This document shows, piece after piece, positions 38,178 through 48,394 of a stretch of 64,000 nt of DNA. The notes under the pieces were generated by a model. The model worked only from the letters and a program-made list of their open reading frames with translations, ran no database searches and was not told where the DNA came from. Position numbers and translations under genes: made by a program. Position 1 is the first letter of the stretch. Each line of letters starts with the position of its first letter. The DNA is taken from the NCBI GenBank assembly GCA_963532885.1, contig CAUSLI010000002.1:82011-146010 (forward strand). Direction: 5' to 3'. This stretch comes from an uncultured Candidatus Saccharibacteria bacterium (GTDB taxonomy: Bacteria > Patescibacteriota > Saccharimonadia > Saccharimonadales > Saccharimonadaceae).

Positions 38178-39431
38178 ATGAAACAATCCACCACATCTGT
38201 TTCGCGTGCCCACACTGCTGTGGCCGCACCTAAGAAAACCAAGGGGCTTGCCACCAAGTCGGTCATCGTGGCGGCTGCCGTAATTATGGCGCTCAGTACG
38301 CCAGTCAGCACCTACCTCGGGGTGACCACCGGGACTGCTTCTGCTGTGTCGCAGGAGGAGTATCAGCGACAGATCGATGCGCTCAATAAGGAGATTGGGC
38401 AGTATCAGTCGCAGGCCAAGGAGCTGAACGAGAAGGCAAAGAGCTTGCAAAATGAGCTCGAAGTCTTGTCGAAGCAGAAGGCAATGATCCAAGCGCAGAT
38501 TGATATCAGCCAGAAGAAGCACGACCAACTGCAAGAGAAAATCGCCCAGACCAAGCGCGACATCAAGGCCAACCAAGACGCCTTGGGCGACACGCTGGCC
38601 GATATGTACGTCGACCGCACCATTAGCCCGCTGGAGATGCTCGCCAGCAGCCGGAGCCTTGGCGACTATGTGGTGGAACAAGATCGTCGCGATAGCATCC
38701 AGACCACGCTGAGCGAGACGATCACCCGGGTCAATAAGCTCAAAAAGCAGCTAGAAGAGCAAAAGAAGGAAGTCGAGCGTGTCCTGGCCGACCAAAAGAA
38801 CGCCCGCGAAGCCCTCGCCGCCAAGGAGCGCGAGCAAGCTGACCTCCTTGCCCGCACCCAAAACGAAGAAGCAAACTACCAAAAGCTCACTGCCGACCGT
38901 GAGAGCGAAAAAGCCCGCGTCCAAAAGGCGCAGCAGGATGCTATCCAAGCGGCCATCCGCAACGCTGGCGGTGGTGGCTCACTTGGTATTACCTCTGGTG
39001 ATGGCTCGATGGGTGGCTACCCATGGGCCGGTGGCTGTACCGTTGATGCCAATGCGTTGTCGCACGGTGGCGCATCTGGTGGCGGCGAAGATCCACTGGG
39101 CTATGGCTGCCGCCAGTGTGTAAGCTACACTGCCTGGAAGACCTACCAAAAGACTGGCTACGCACCACGCTACTGGGGCAATGCCAACATGTGGCCGGCT
39201 GCCGCGCGTAACGCTGGCTTCTCGACGGGTCGCACTCCACGGGCCAATGCCCTTGGCGTCATCTCGGCAGGGCAGTATGGGCATATCGTCTATATCGAAG
39301 GCTACGACGCTGGCAGCAACACTGTCCGCATCAGCCAGTTCAATTACTTCAATGCCGGCGGCCCTGGCTGGGGTCACTACAGCGAAATGACGGTGCCTGC
39401 TAGTACGTACGATACGTATATCTATCTATAA
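38178..39431 (+). CDS. PcsB/CwlO-like coiled-coil plus CHAP peptidoglycan hydrolase
   Basis: signal peptide, long coiled coil, QCVSY, WGNANMW, YGHIVYIE; follows ftsEX. Confidence 0.92.
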   Translation: MKQSTTSVSRAHTAVAAPKKTKGLATKSVIVAAAVIMALSTPVSTYLGVTTGTASAVSQEEYQRQIDALNKEIGQYQSQAKELNEKAKSLQNELEVLSKQKAMIQAQIDISQKKHDQLQEKIAQTKRDIKANQDALGDTLADMYVDRTISPLEMLASSRSLGDYVVEQDRRDSIQTTLSETITRVNKLKKQLEEQKKEVERVLADQKNAREALAAKEREQADLLARTQNEEANYQKLTADRESEKARVQKAQQDAIQAAIRNAGGGGSLGITSGDGSMGGYPWAGGCTVDANALSHGGASGGGEDPLGYGCRQCVSYTAWKTYQKTGYAPRYWGNANMWPAAARNAGFSTGRTPRANALGVISAGQYGHIVYIEGYDAGSNTVRISQFNYFNAGGPGWGHYSEMTVPASTYDTYIYL

Positions 39432-39448
39432 GAGAGAATATAGAGCGC

Positions 39449-39482
39449 AAACGACCACCTAAGTAACGGTGGTCGTTTTTTT
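39449..39482. terminator. bidirectional terminator
   Basis: AAACGACCACC/GGTGGTCGTTT plus T tract between convergent genes. Confidence 0.85.
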
Positions 39483-39503
39483 GCTGGTTGGAACTCTCGA
39501 GGC

Positions 39504-40217
39504 CTACGCTACAGATAGGGTAGGCTGGTGCGGGGCTTCGGTTTGGGTGATGGTTGCATCAGTGGTAGTGCTCACCTCAGGCGGGCCAACCCGGTACCCA
39601 TACTGGTTATACTCTGTGCCAATTGGGTCATCGCTCTCGCAGCGCCGGAGGGGCTGGGTATCAGTGGGCAGCTGGGCAATGTAGCTGTTGCTAAAGGCGG
39701 CGCGTGCATCGGCCTGAGCCATTTGGGCTAGCAGGGCAAAGAGCTCTTTGACGTTGCTAACCGCCTCGCTCGTGCTGGGTGGCTTCTCACCGCCGTAGGT
39801 AAAGCCATGCTGCTCCTGTGCCAAGAGGTCTTGATCAAAACCGTGACTACAATCGCGGCAATCGAGACAGCGCTCGTAGAAATAATGCACCGAGTAGGTA
39901 ATCTCACCATGTGTGATGGTGATGGGCGACTGGTCACCACGGGCGCTATTTCTCATCCCGGCAATAATGCGTGTGAGGCTGTCGATGACACCGTGGAGAG
40001 TTTGCTCGCGCTGGTGGCGTTCGTGGTCGATGGTGTGCATCACATCGAGCTCCTCATTGCTATGGCACAGAGCAATCGGCAATTCAGTAACAAGCGCAAG
40101 ATGCCCAACCTGGCAAGCTCGAGAGGCAGGCTCGGCAAGTGGCTGAGAACTGCCCTCAACAGTGGATAGTAATGAATAAACAGGCGCTGCTTCTGCGCTG
40201 ACAACGGCAAGAGACAT
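39504..40217 (-). CDS. hypothetical protein
   Basis: GAGGT SD and upstream TATAAT on minus strand; CxxCxxC cluster. Confidence 0.65.
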   Translation of the reverse strand: MSLAVVSAEAAPVYSLLSTVEGSSQPLAEPASRACQVGHLALVTELPIALCHSNEELDVMHTIDHERHQREQTLHGVIDSLTRIIAGMRNSARGDQSPITITHGEITYSVHYFYERCLDCRDCSHGFDQDLLAQEQHGFTYGGEKPPSTSEAVSNVKELFALLAQMAQADARAAFSNSYIAQLPTDTQPLRRCESDDPIGTEYNQYGYRVGPPEVSTTTDATITQTEAPHQPTLSVA

Positions 40218-40348
40218 CAGATAACCTCACTCGTTTCGATTAAAGAATGGTAATTGTATATTATACGAGGATGAGGCAAAAATGCAAGCCTCGGTGTGCT
40301 ATTCACATTCTTTTGCCACACCGCCCGAGCGTAGTATAATACCATAGT

Positions 40349-41581
40349 ATGGTACAGAGCGACACAGCGAGCGCGAACCGCTCGAAATATGAGTATGATG
40401 AACCAAAAAAGCTGACTATCTCGCAGCTAACGGCTTTGCTCGTGGCGGTGCTGCTGCTGGGGGCTGGCTTTGTGGCAGGGATGTATGCCGACAAACTCTA
40501 TGCGGCAATTGCGCCAGTCTTTGGCCTCAAAGTGTCGGCCGATAGTATTGACCTGAGTAGTGTGCAGCAGACCTATCGCAAGCTTAAAGCAGAATATGAT
40601 GGTAAACTGGACGATACGAAGCTGATCGATGGCGCTAATCGTGGCCTAGCTGCAGCGACTGGCGACCCCTACACCACCTATATGGACAAGCAAGAGACCG
40701 AGCAGTTCGACCGTAGCCTCAATGGCGAAGTGAGCGGCATTGGCGTGGAGATTGCATTACGGGGCAACCACGCTACAGTAGTGCGTGTCGTCGATGATTC
40801 ACCAGCAGCCAAAGCAGGCCTGCGAGCCGGCGATATCTTCCGCAGTATTAATGGCCAACCGGTGGAAGGGCAGAATTCTGAGGTAGTGGCCAGCAAAGTG
40901 CGGGGCGAGGCTGGCACGACCGTCAAGCTCGTGATGCAGCGCGAGGAATCGACCGAAGAATACACTATCGTCCGGGCCAAGGTAAGTGATGCCAGTGTGC
41001 GTAGCCAGATTCGCGACGGCGTGGGTATCCTCACTATTACCCGGTTTGATGACCAAACTGGCCGACTGGCGCGTCAAGCGGCAGAGCAGTTCGTCCAGCA
41101 GGGGGTGCGGGCTGTGGTGCTCGACCTACGCGACAACGGCGGTGGCTATGTAACGGCTGCTCGCGAGGTTGCAAGCCTGTGGCTTGAGAACAAAGTCGTG
41201 GTGGTAGAGAAGTCTGGCGACGTCGTGCGCGACACGGTGCACAGCAGTGGCCAGGCGCTGCTCAAAGGAATGAAGACAATCGTCCTCGTCAATGGCAATA
41301 GCGCCAGCGCCAGCGAGATTGTAGCGGGGGCATTGCACGACCACAAGGCAGCAACATTACTCGGCGAAAAGACCTTTGGCAAGGGCACGGTGCAGCAGCT
41401 ATTTGACCTACCTGATGGCCGCAAGCTCAAGATCACCGTGGCGCGTTGGTATACCCCAAATGGTCGCAATATCTCGCAGGGTGGCATTGCGCCAGATACT
41501 GAGGTCAAGCTGAGCGCAGACGACCGCAACGCTGGCCGCGACCCACAGCTCGATAGCGCCCTGCAAAAGTTCGCAGAATAG
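40349..41581 (+). CDS. ctpA: S41 family C-terminal processing protease with PDZ domain
   Basis: GDPYT, GIGVEI, LDLRDNGGG, SASASEI, TFGKG. Confidence 0.93.
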   Translation: MVQSDTASANRSKYEYDEPKKLTISQLTALLVAVLLLGAGFVAGMYADKLYAAIAPVFGLKVSADSIDLSSVQQTYRKLKAEYDGKLDDTKLIDGANRGLAAATGDPYTTYMDKQETEQFDRSLNGEVSGIGVEIALRGNHATVVRVVDDSPAAKAGLRAGDIFRSINGQPVEGQNSEVVASKVRGEAGTTVKLVMQREESTEEYTIVRAKVSDASVRSQIRDGVGILTITRFDDQTGRLARQAAEQFVQQGVRAVVLDLRDNGGGYVTAAREVASLWLENKVVVVEKSGDVVRDTVHSSGQALLKGMKTIVLVNGNSASASEIVAGALHDHKAATLLGEKTFGKGTVQQLFDLPDGRKLKITVARWYTPNGRNISQGGIAPDTEVKLSADDRNAGRDPQLDSALQKFAE

Positions 41582-41660
41582 ACATATATCCAACAAAATG
41601 CAAACAATTGTTCGCCAAAAGTATTGTATTTGCCTCATATCTACGCTACCATAAAGGCAT

Positions 41661-42047
41661 ATGGACAGACGAAAGAAAATTCTCTTGGTAGAAGACGACA
41701 CCGCGCTGCTGGCAGTGTATCGCTCGCGGCTCGAACTGGAGGGCTTTGCGGTAAGCGAGGTGCATAATGGCGAAGATGCGCTCTCGGCGGTGGTCGATGT
41801 TCGGCCTGATCTGATATTGCTTGATGTGATGATCCCTAAGATCAGCGGCTTCGACGTGCTCGATATCTTGCGTAACACCCCAGACACTACCAACGTCCGT
41901 GTTATCATGCTGACAGCACTGAGTCAGCCCAAGGATAAAGAGCGGGCTAAGCAGCTAGGGGTGGATGACTACCTCGTCAAGTCGCAAGTGATGATTGGCG
42001 ACGTAGTGGCCCGTATTAAGTATCACCTGGGCATGAGCCAAGAATAA
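41661..42047 (+). CDS. single-domain response regulator receiver
   Basis: ILLVEDD, LLDVMIP, MLTA, YLVK. Confidence 0.92.
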   Translation: MDRRKKILLVEDDTALLAVYRSRLELEGFAVSEVHNGEDALSAVVDVRPDLILLDVMIPKISGFDVLDILRNTPDTTNVRVIMLTALSQPKDKERAKQLGVDDYLVKSQVMIGDVVARIKYHLGMSQE

Positions 42048-42138
42048 CAGAGGTCAGAGGGCTGTCGAACAAAGCCTGCAGCGAGCCCTTGCTTCTGAGT
42101 GATTTTTCCTCAGCATTGTTTCATGGTATGATAAAAAG

Positions 42139-42759
42139 ATGACGGAAAAATATTCGGCATCTCCCGCTGCAAAAGAAGAGACATCAGCATCACTCCCACC
42201 ACGACAGCCCGAGCATCTCTTGACGCAGCCAATCACGACGGACGGTGCGCCACAAGAGCGCACACCTCATCCCGATACGCACAGTATTCCCAAGCGCCAA
42301 GATGTGCCACGCCACCGGTGGAATGTACTGCGCAGCAGCGGCCAGCTCGACGAAGGATGGATTGATACAGAGATTATTGACGAGGGTGGCACGGTGCTAG
42401 TGCGGATGACCAAGCTAGTCAACCGAAGCAACATCCACCGGCTCGAGAAGTGTGTACCGCTCGCGGTGCTACAAGAGCAAAACATCGACTTCACTAATGC
42501 ATATCTGCAAAAAGCCTATGGTGTGATGGTGAAGGATGGCAAGCTGCAGCCCGTTGCTGATACCACTCATGCTACTACCAGCAGCCAAGAGCAACAAACA
42601 GAGGTGCTGCTCGCTCAAGACGAAAAGTATGACCGAACCGGAACTGATGGGGAAGGTAATCACCAGTCGGTGGCTGGCTTAGCAAAAGCTGCTCGCCTTG
42701 ATACTGTTGTGGATAATAGCCTCCTCGTGGAGCGGGTACTTGGACGCGTAAAGCAATAA
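42139..42759 (+). CDS. hypothetical protein
   Basis: 206-aa ORF; TATGAT 6 nt before ATG; WNVLRSSGQLDEGW module. Confidence 0.75.
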   Translation: MTEKYSASPAAKEETSASLPPRQPEHLLTQPITTDGAPQERTPHPDTHSIPKRQDVPRHRWNVLRSSGQLDEGWIDTEIIDEGGTVLVRMTKLVNRSNIHRLEKCVPLAVLQEQNIDFTNAYLQKAYGVMVKDGKLQPVADTTHATTSSQEQQTEVLLAQDEKYDRTGTDGEGNHQSVAGLAKAARLDTVVDNSLLVERVLGRVKQ

Positions 42760-42870
42760 GGGGCTGGTTCGGCTATCTTTTAGGACAAAGCGTGTTATTG
42801 CTGAATAATACAGCATAGATACTTATTGGTAATACACACCAAACGTGCTGGACTTATTATCAAAAACAAG

Positions 42871-42898
42871 AAAACCACCTCGGCTATGAGGTGGTTTT
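42871..42898. terminator. bidirectional terminator
   Basis: AAAACCACCTC/GAGGTGGTTTT. Confidence 0.85.
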
Positions 42899-42918
42899 GC
42901 ATGTGCACTATAAAACAC

Positions 42919-43197
42919 TTACGCTGCGCTGACGCACACCTGGGTGCGTGGCTGGGTCTTGCCAGTGAAGGTAGACTTCTTGACCTTCTTGAAGCTGACA
43001 ACACCACTGTGAGCGGCGTGGATGGTGTAGTTGCGGCTCATGTACGTGCCAGGGCCGGCGATCTTCGTAGCGCCTGTCTGGCGAACAAGGACCTCACCAG
43101 CGTTGACCTGCTGGCCACCGAAGCGCTTGACGCCAAGGCGCGCCCCAGCATTATTGTGGACGTTCTTGCTTGAGCCACCTGCTTTGACTTTTGACAT
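42919..43197 (-). CDS. rpmA: 50S ribosomal protein L27
   Basis: KAGGSSKN, RLGVKRFGGQ, GEVLVRQ; AAGGAG SD. Confidence 0.96.
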   Translation of the reverse strand: MSKVKAGGSSKNVHNNAGARLGVKRFGGQQVNAGEVLVRQTGATKIAGPGTYMSRNYTIHAAHSGVVSFKKVKKSTFTGKTQPRTQVCVSAA

Positions 43198-43231
43198 ATC
43201 ACTCCTTTAGCTAATATAAACAATCTATACG

Positions 43232-43260
43232 ATTATACGTGAGGGCGTGGGCGAAGTCAA
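43232..43260 (-). promoter_or_regulatory. sigma70 promoter of rpmA
   Basis: TTGACT-N17-TATAAT on minus strand. Confidence 0.8.
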
Positions 43261-43501
43261 GCGGTGTGGATTGAATAGCAGCCGTAAGAATGCCGACTGT
43301 TATAACGCGAGAGAAGAGAGCGGCAAGAGGAGTGCGCAAGCGAGCAAGACATTGAGCTGTAGGCATGACAAAAAGGGGACAAAACATAGACAGTGACGTA
43401 GATGTGTTGTAGCATTGGCCGAGCAGAGTTGGATAGCTGGCACTATGGTGGTATAATTAGCTACACTATAGATACAATAAATGATATGAAAAGGAGTGAC
43501 A

Positions 43502-43846
43502 ATGTCGGAACGGTATTATGGAGGAATGGGGCTAAGTGATGAGGGGTCACCGGTCGATAGCTTGGATTTGGAAAGAAATCTAGCGCAGATAAGGAGGGAG
43601 CGACAAAAAGTTAATGGCTCTACTGCAGAGCGGGCAGCAGGACTTTCCTCTGAGCGGCGTACTCAAGCAGCTCAGAATTTGGAAGAGGCTCGACGGTATT
43701 TTCATGGGGGGCTTGATGCCTTAAATAATTTTATGCGCACGCTTCCTCCTGAGCAGCAAGCAGCGCTTCACCAAGGTGTAATATCTTTATTTGAAAAAGC
43801 TGCTTGCAAGCTGCAAGACACAAAGGGTGCAATCACTCCACAATAA
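43502..43846 (+). CDS. hypothetical helical protein
   Basis: AAGGAG SD, upstream TATAAT, downstream terminator. Confidence 0.75.
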   Translation: MSERYYGGMGLSDEGSPVDSLDLERNLAQIRRERQKVNGSTAERAAGLSSERRTQAAQNLEEARRYFHGGLDALNNFMRTLPPEQQAALHQGVISLFEKAACKLQDTKGAITPQ

Positions 43847-43884
43847 ATAACTATCAAAAAGTTTCTCACTACCAGAGTGGTATA

Positions 43885-43918
43885 AAGAACCTCAGCATGA
43901 TATACCTGAGGTTCTTTG
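43885..43918. terminator. bidirectional terminator
   Basis: AAAGAACCTCAG/CTGAGGTTCTTT. Confidence 0.8.
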
Positions 43919-43990
43919 CTTTTTGTAACTGTTAGCATGCAGAAGAAATACATGCCTGCTGGATGACCAGAATGAGATTTTATTCCAAGG

Positions 43991-45202
43991 TTATTTCATT
44001 ACTTCCATCAGCAACAATTCTCGCGCTACCACTTGGTTCTCGCGGTAATAGCAGAGGTCGGCAGGGCGAACGTGCTGGAGTGGACGGCGCTGGTAGCCCA
44101 GTCGCTCTAGCTGGGTGATGAGTGGCAGGTGAGTAAACTGCCCGTCGCTGCCGCGCCAAGCCGGCACCGCGATGACTAGTGGTGTGCCAGAGCGCAGCTG
44201 GGGACGAAGATTAGTGAGAAAATGGCTGATGATATGGTTGCAGGTGGTACGCACAGCGCTAAGCTTGGCAGGAGCGGGTGGGGCAGAGAAGGGCTGACCA
44301 AGGTATGTCTCACAGACAACGGCGCTGAGCCGCTGGGCGTCTGCCCACTGATGAGTAGTGGCATCAGCCTGAGTAACGTCCTGCACCGCGCCAGGAGTAG
44401 CCGCGGCAGAGCGGCGCTGCAGCCAGGCGAGGTTCTCGCTGGTATAGCTGACCATCTTAGGGTTTAGGTCGCTGCCGCACACATCGTAGCTCAGGAGGAG
44501 CGCCTCTTGCAAGACAGTGCCAGTGCCACAGAATGGATCGAGCAGTAGGGGGCGCGGCACTGAGTGCTCGGTAGTAGGTGAGGATTGCACCAATGGCCCA
44601 GCCATATTGACCATCATGCGGGCAAGCTTGGGCGGCAGCATACCGACGAAGGCATCGGTGCGCGGACGGGCTTGGTCGCGTGCGGCCAGGGCAGAAATGT
44701 TTTGCGCGCCAACACTCTCTGCCACAATAACCCGTCCATCCTGAGCTCGCACTACCAGCAGCTCGATATGATGCGGTGAGCGACCAAGCTTGTTGTGGTG
44801 GCTGGTGGCGGTATTGAGCGCTGGAGCGGCGTTGGGGATGAGGCGTAGGCTCGTGCCAGAAGCGCGCAGCTTTGCCTTGAGAATAAGGCCAGTCTTTTGC
44901 ACCTCGCGGGCACTGACAGAGAAGCCATAAGCACTCATGCCCAGCGTAATCTTGTGCGACGCGTCCTGCCACTGCGCGCTATAGTGGCGGACGATTTGCC
45001 GGCTCACCGCCAGCCAGTTACCGCGCAGCTCTAACACCACCCGGCCTGCCTTTTGGCTGCCACCCAGACGCTCAAAATCGAATATATCAGAGGTAATAGT
45101 AGCAGCCTGCGCACCAAACCAACGCACCACCGCCGCGCCATACAAACACTCCAGCTCCGCCACGCCCAGGGCCGGCTGCCGGCCAAGAATTGCAATATAC
45201 AT
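43991..45202 (-). CDS. Trm11/TrmG10-like SAM-dependent RNA methyltransferase
   Basis: GMLPPKLARMMVN, LLDPFCGTGT, GSD; start at 45202 (TATACT 6 nt upstream). Confidence 0.85.
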   Translation of the reverse strand: MYIAILGRQPALGVAELECLYGAAVVRWFGAQAATITSDIFDFERLGGSQKAGRVVLELRGNWLAVSRQIVRHYSAQWQDASHKITLGMSAYGFSVSAREVQKTGLILKAKLRASGTSLRLIPNAAPALNTATSHHNKLGRSPHHIELLVVRAQDGRVIVAESVGAQNISALAARDQARPRTDAFVGMLPPKLARMMVNMAGPLVQSSPTTEHSVPRPLLLDPFCGTGTVLQEALLLSYDVCGSDLNPKMVSYTSENLAWLQRRSAAATPGAVQDVTQADATTHQWADAQRLSAVVCETYLGQPFSAPPAPAKLSAVRTTCNHIISHFLTNLRPQLRSGTPLVIAVPAWRGSDGQFTHLPLITQLERLGYQRRPLQHVRPADLCYYRENQVVARELLLMEVMK

Positions 45203-45262
45203 ATGCCTAGTATAGCGCAAAAGCGGGTGAGAATGGAGGGAATGGGCAACCAGGCCCAAGAA

Positions 45263-45291
45263 TTGACAGGAGCGGCTAGGAGGCATATCAT
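45263..45291 (+). promoter_or_regulatory. sigma70 promoter, leaderless start
   Basis: TTGACA-N17-TATCAT-N6-ATG. Confidence 0.75.
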
Positions 45292-45297
45292 ACGCCT

Positions 45298-45846
45298 ATG
45301 ACATCATATTATACAATAGCCCGCCTTCTCACCTATGTTGACAGGAATTACGTCGGTAAGAAATGGAAAATCGGTTCAACATGGGTGCATCAACCTGGCA
45401 ACCCAAAGAGTCCCTACCTGTCATTTGGTGATGCGCGCTGCCCGTGGGCGATTGAGGTTGGCGTCTGCATTACCCCGCGCGATAAAGCAATCCGCCAGTC
45501 ACTGGGTGTGTCCCATAACCAGGATGTTGGCGTGGGCACGACCGAGCTAGGGCGCTATATCCTCACCGTGTGCTCCCAGTCATTCTTGGATGACCCTGCT
45601 GGCGCAGAGTATTTTGATGGTGACCCAGTTACACCACTGGTTATGCCCCAGCTTGACTTCGTCGAGATAACGGAGTTTGTCGAGGCGAAGCTTGCCGAAT
45701 ACCGTCATATCCCAACGGTCGATGACCCATTCGGCACCGACAGAGCATTCTATGAAGCGACGAAAGACTGGCTGTACGACACCGAGTACGACGAGTGGAC
45801 GGCGTATGAGGCGACGATTGCGTGCCCAGCGAGTATGCTGGAGTAG
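45298..45846 (+). CDS. hypothetical protein, possibly Imm8-like immunity protein
   Basis: own promoter; LTVCSQSFL, LVMPQLDFVEITEFVE, EYDEW resemble Imm8 blocks. Confidence 0.6.
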   Translation: MTSYYTIARLLTYVDRNYVGKKWKIGSTWVHQPGNPKSPYLSFGDARCPWAIEVGVCITPRDKAIRQSLGVSHNQDVGVGTTELGRYILTVCSQSFLDDPAGAEYFDGDPVTPLVMPQLDFVEITEFVEAKLAEYRHIPTVDDPFGTDRAFYEATKDWLYDTEYDEWTAYEATIACPASMLE

Positions 45847-45881
45847 CTGCAGTTAACCTCGTGGTATAATATACCGTAGCT

Positions 45882-46955
45882 ATGCAGAAATATATGAAAA
45901 AAATGAAACAGCTGTCCTTCCGCACCTGGCTGAGTATTATGACGTTTGTGCTGATCGCCTTGATTCTATTCTTGTCGCGGCATGAGCTTCTCCAGGCGTG
46001 GCACTTGCTGCAGCAGGTCAATATATGGGTCTTGATTGCCGTCTTCCCAGTGGCGGCGCTGGGGTACTTGGCAGCGGGTGAGATGATCTTCTCATATCTG
46101 CGGCAAAAGGGCTTCGTGCGCGATGTGAGCCCCTTTGCCCTGATGCGCTTGTCGCTGGAGCTAAACTTTGTCAACCACGCCTTCCCCAGTGGTGGCCTCA
46201 GTGGTATATCATACGCCAACTGGCGCCTGCGCAAATACGGTGTCTCGACGGGGCGCGCAACGATGGCCCAGATGGTGCGCTATGTCATGGGCTTTGTGGC
46301 GGTGGTGCTGTTCCTTGCAGTGGCGGTGGTAATAGTGACGATCGATAGCGGCGTGAACCGCTGGATCATCCTAATGAGTGGGGGACTGGTATTTTGCTTG
46401 ACGATGATCACGCTACTGGGAGTATACTTGCTGACGAGCCAGCAGCGGCTCCACAAGGCGGCGCATCAGATCACACTGACAGTCAACGGCTTCGCACGGC
46501 GCATCTTGCGGCGCACAAAGCCAGTGATGGACGAAGCTGCGGTGCGGCGCTACTGCGATGACCTCCATACCGACTTCCTCGAGCTGCGACGCGACAAGAA
46601 GCTGCTGTGGCAGCCCTTTATTTGGAGTATTGTCTTTACGATTATGGAGATCTTGCCCTTCTGGATGACCTTCCAGTCGCTGGGGGTATCAGTTAATCCT
46701 GCATCAATTCTCATCGCTTATGGTGTGGCCACGACCATGGCGGTGGTGGTTGCTACCCCTGGTGGAGCTGGTGCGTATGAGGCGGTCATGGTCGGGATAT
46801 TGGCACTTTCAGGCGTGAGCCAGGGCCAAGCCATCGCTGGAACGATGCTCTACCGCGTGATTGCCATCGTTACCACACTGGTGTTTGGCTATGCATTTTA
46901 TCAACTAACCATCATGCGCTATGGACGCGACAAACCTCCCACCGCTGAGCGTTAG
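45882..46955 (+). CDS. lysylphosphatidylglycerol synthase TM / flippase-like membrane protein
   Basis: NHAFPSGG, TPGGAGAYE, LYRVI motifs; many TM helices. Confidence 0.88.
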   Translation: MQKYMKKMKQLSFRTWLSIMTFVLIALILFLSRHELLQAWHLLQQVNIWVLIAVFPVAALGYLAAGEMIFSYLRQKGFVRDVSPFALMRLSLELNFVNHAFPSGGLSGISYANWRLRKYGVSTGRATMAQMVRYVMGFVAVVLFLAVAVVIVTIDSGVNRWIILMSGGLVFCLTMITLLGVYLLTSQQRLHKAAHQITLTVNGFARRILRRTKPVMDEAAVRRYCDDLHTDFLELRRDKKLLWQPFIWSIVFTIMEILPFWMTFQSLGVSVNPASILIAYGVATTMAVVVATPGGAGAYEAVMVGILALSGVSQGQAIAGTMLYRVIAIVTTLVFGYAFYQLTIMRYGRDKPPTAER

Positions 46956-48084
46956 CGATTTCCTTGCCTGTGCGAGCCAGGTGCTGGAGGGAGCATTTCC
47001 GGTACTAACGGTCGAGGGCGAGGTCGCTAGTATGGCAGTGCGCCAGGGGAAGTTTGTCTTTTTTGACCTCAAGGACGAGACAGGCAGCGTGAGCTGCTTT
47101 ATGATGGTGTGGCAGCTCCGGGTGGCGCTGGAGGATGGCATGCAGGTGGCGGTGCAAGCCGTGCCCAAGCTCACGGCGCGCGGCAAATTCAGCCTGACCG
47201 TGCAGCAGGTGCGACCAGTCGGGCAGGGGAGTATTAAGAAAAACTTCGAGCTGCTGCGCCAGCGCCTTGGCGCGGAGGGGCTCTTTGCTCCAGAGCGCAA
47301 GCGGCCGGTGCCCGAGTGGCCCGAGCACATTGCTGTGGTGAGCAGCCCCCAAGCGGCAGGCTATGCCGACTTTATGACGATCATTGGCCAGCGCTGGGGT
47401 GGTATGCAGGTCGATGTCTATGCAGTGCCAGTCCAGGGTGCTGGCGCAGCCGACCGGATCATCCGTGCCATTGAGCGCTGCAACCGCCAGGCAACCGTGC
47501 CGCAGGTGCTGGCGATTGTGCGCGGTGGTGGCAGCGCCGATGATTTGCAGGTTTTTAACGACGAAGCACTGGTGCGGGCGATTGCTGCAAGCCGCGTGCC
47601 AACGGTGGTCGGGGTAGGGCACGACACCGATGAGACACTGGCCGACCTTGCCGCCGACGTCCGGGCTGTGACACCAACTAACGCTGCTCAGCTTATCACA
47701 CCTGATGCCACGGCAGTGCAAGCGCGGCTAGCCGAACAGTTACAGGCAATGAAGCAGACGATTATCGCCACAGCAGATGATGAGCAGCTAGCGGTCCAGC
47801 ATCAACTGGCCGAAGCTCGGGCAAGGCTAGCCAGGCAGCAGCAGGTACTCGAGCAGCAATGCACAGCACTGCAGGCCCGGCTCCGGCTGTATAACCCTGC
47901 AGCAACCCTAGCGCGTGGCTATGCTCTAGTGCGCGGCCAGGCCACCGTCGGCCAAACGATCACCATCGAGCGATATAGCGATATGATAACAGCGGAGGTA
48001 ACCCATGTCGAACGCAAAACAACCAACGAAACAGGCGAAATCCGCCACACCCAGCACTCGGGCCAAGCGCACCACACTGAGTGA
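46921..48084 (+). CDS. xseA: exodeoxyribonuclease VII large subunit
   Basis: VEGEV, FFDLKD, RGGGSADDL..FNDE, GVGHDTD, TPTNAA. Confidence 0.95.
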   Translation: MDATNLPPLSVSDFLACASQVLEGAFPVLTVEGEVASMAVRQGKFVFFDLKDETGSVSCFMMVWQLRVALEDGMQVAVQAVPKLTARGKFSLTVQQVRPVGQGSIKKNFELLRQRLGAEGLFAPERKRPVPEWPEHIAVVSSPQAAGYADFMTIIGQRWGGMQVDVYAVPVQGAGAADRIIRAIERCNRQATVPQVLAIVRGGGSADDLQVFNDEALVRAIAASRVPTVVGVGHDTDETLADLAADVRAVTPTNAAQLITPDATAVQARLAEQLQAMKQTIIATADDEQLAVQHQLAEARARLARQQQVLEQQCTALQARLRLYNPAATLARGYALVRGQATVGQTITIERYSDMITAEVTHVERKTTNETGEIRHTQHSGQAHHTE

Positions 48085-48394
48085 TGACGACCAACTGGCA
48101 ATGGCCCTTGCAGCAGAGGGAATCACGCCGGATTATAGCCAGCCCACCAATAATACACCAGTAAGCCCATCAGCGCCGCAGCCTGACCAGCAGAGCAATG
48201 CAGACAACCGTTCACTGCGTGAGCAAATGGAGCAGCTGGAAGAAATCTTGGCGTGGTTTGACAGTGATGAGTTTGAGCTCGAGGCGGCGGTAGAGCGCTA
48301 CCAACAGGCCGCACGCGTTGCCGAGCAGATCGACCGGCGCTTGACAGAGATTAAAAACAAAGTAACCATCATCACAGAGGACGCAGCCGCCTGA
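48005..48394 (+). CDS. xseB: exodeoxyribonuclease VII small subunit with disordered N-terminal extension
   Basis: MEQLEEIL..F.....LEAAVERYQQA helix pair; follows xseA. Confidence 0.85.
   Translation: MSNAKQPTKQAKSATPSTRAKRTTLSDDDQLAMALAAEGITPDYSQPTNNTPVSPSAPQPDQQSNADNRSLREQMEQLEEILAWFDSDEFELEAAVERYQQAARVAEQIDRRLTEIKNKVTIITEDAAA

Noticed and set aside
42826..43173. 115-aa plus-strand ORF
   Set aside because: Antisense shadow of rpmA.
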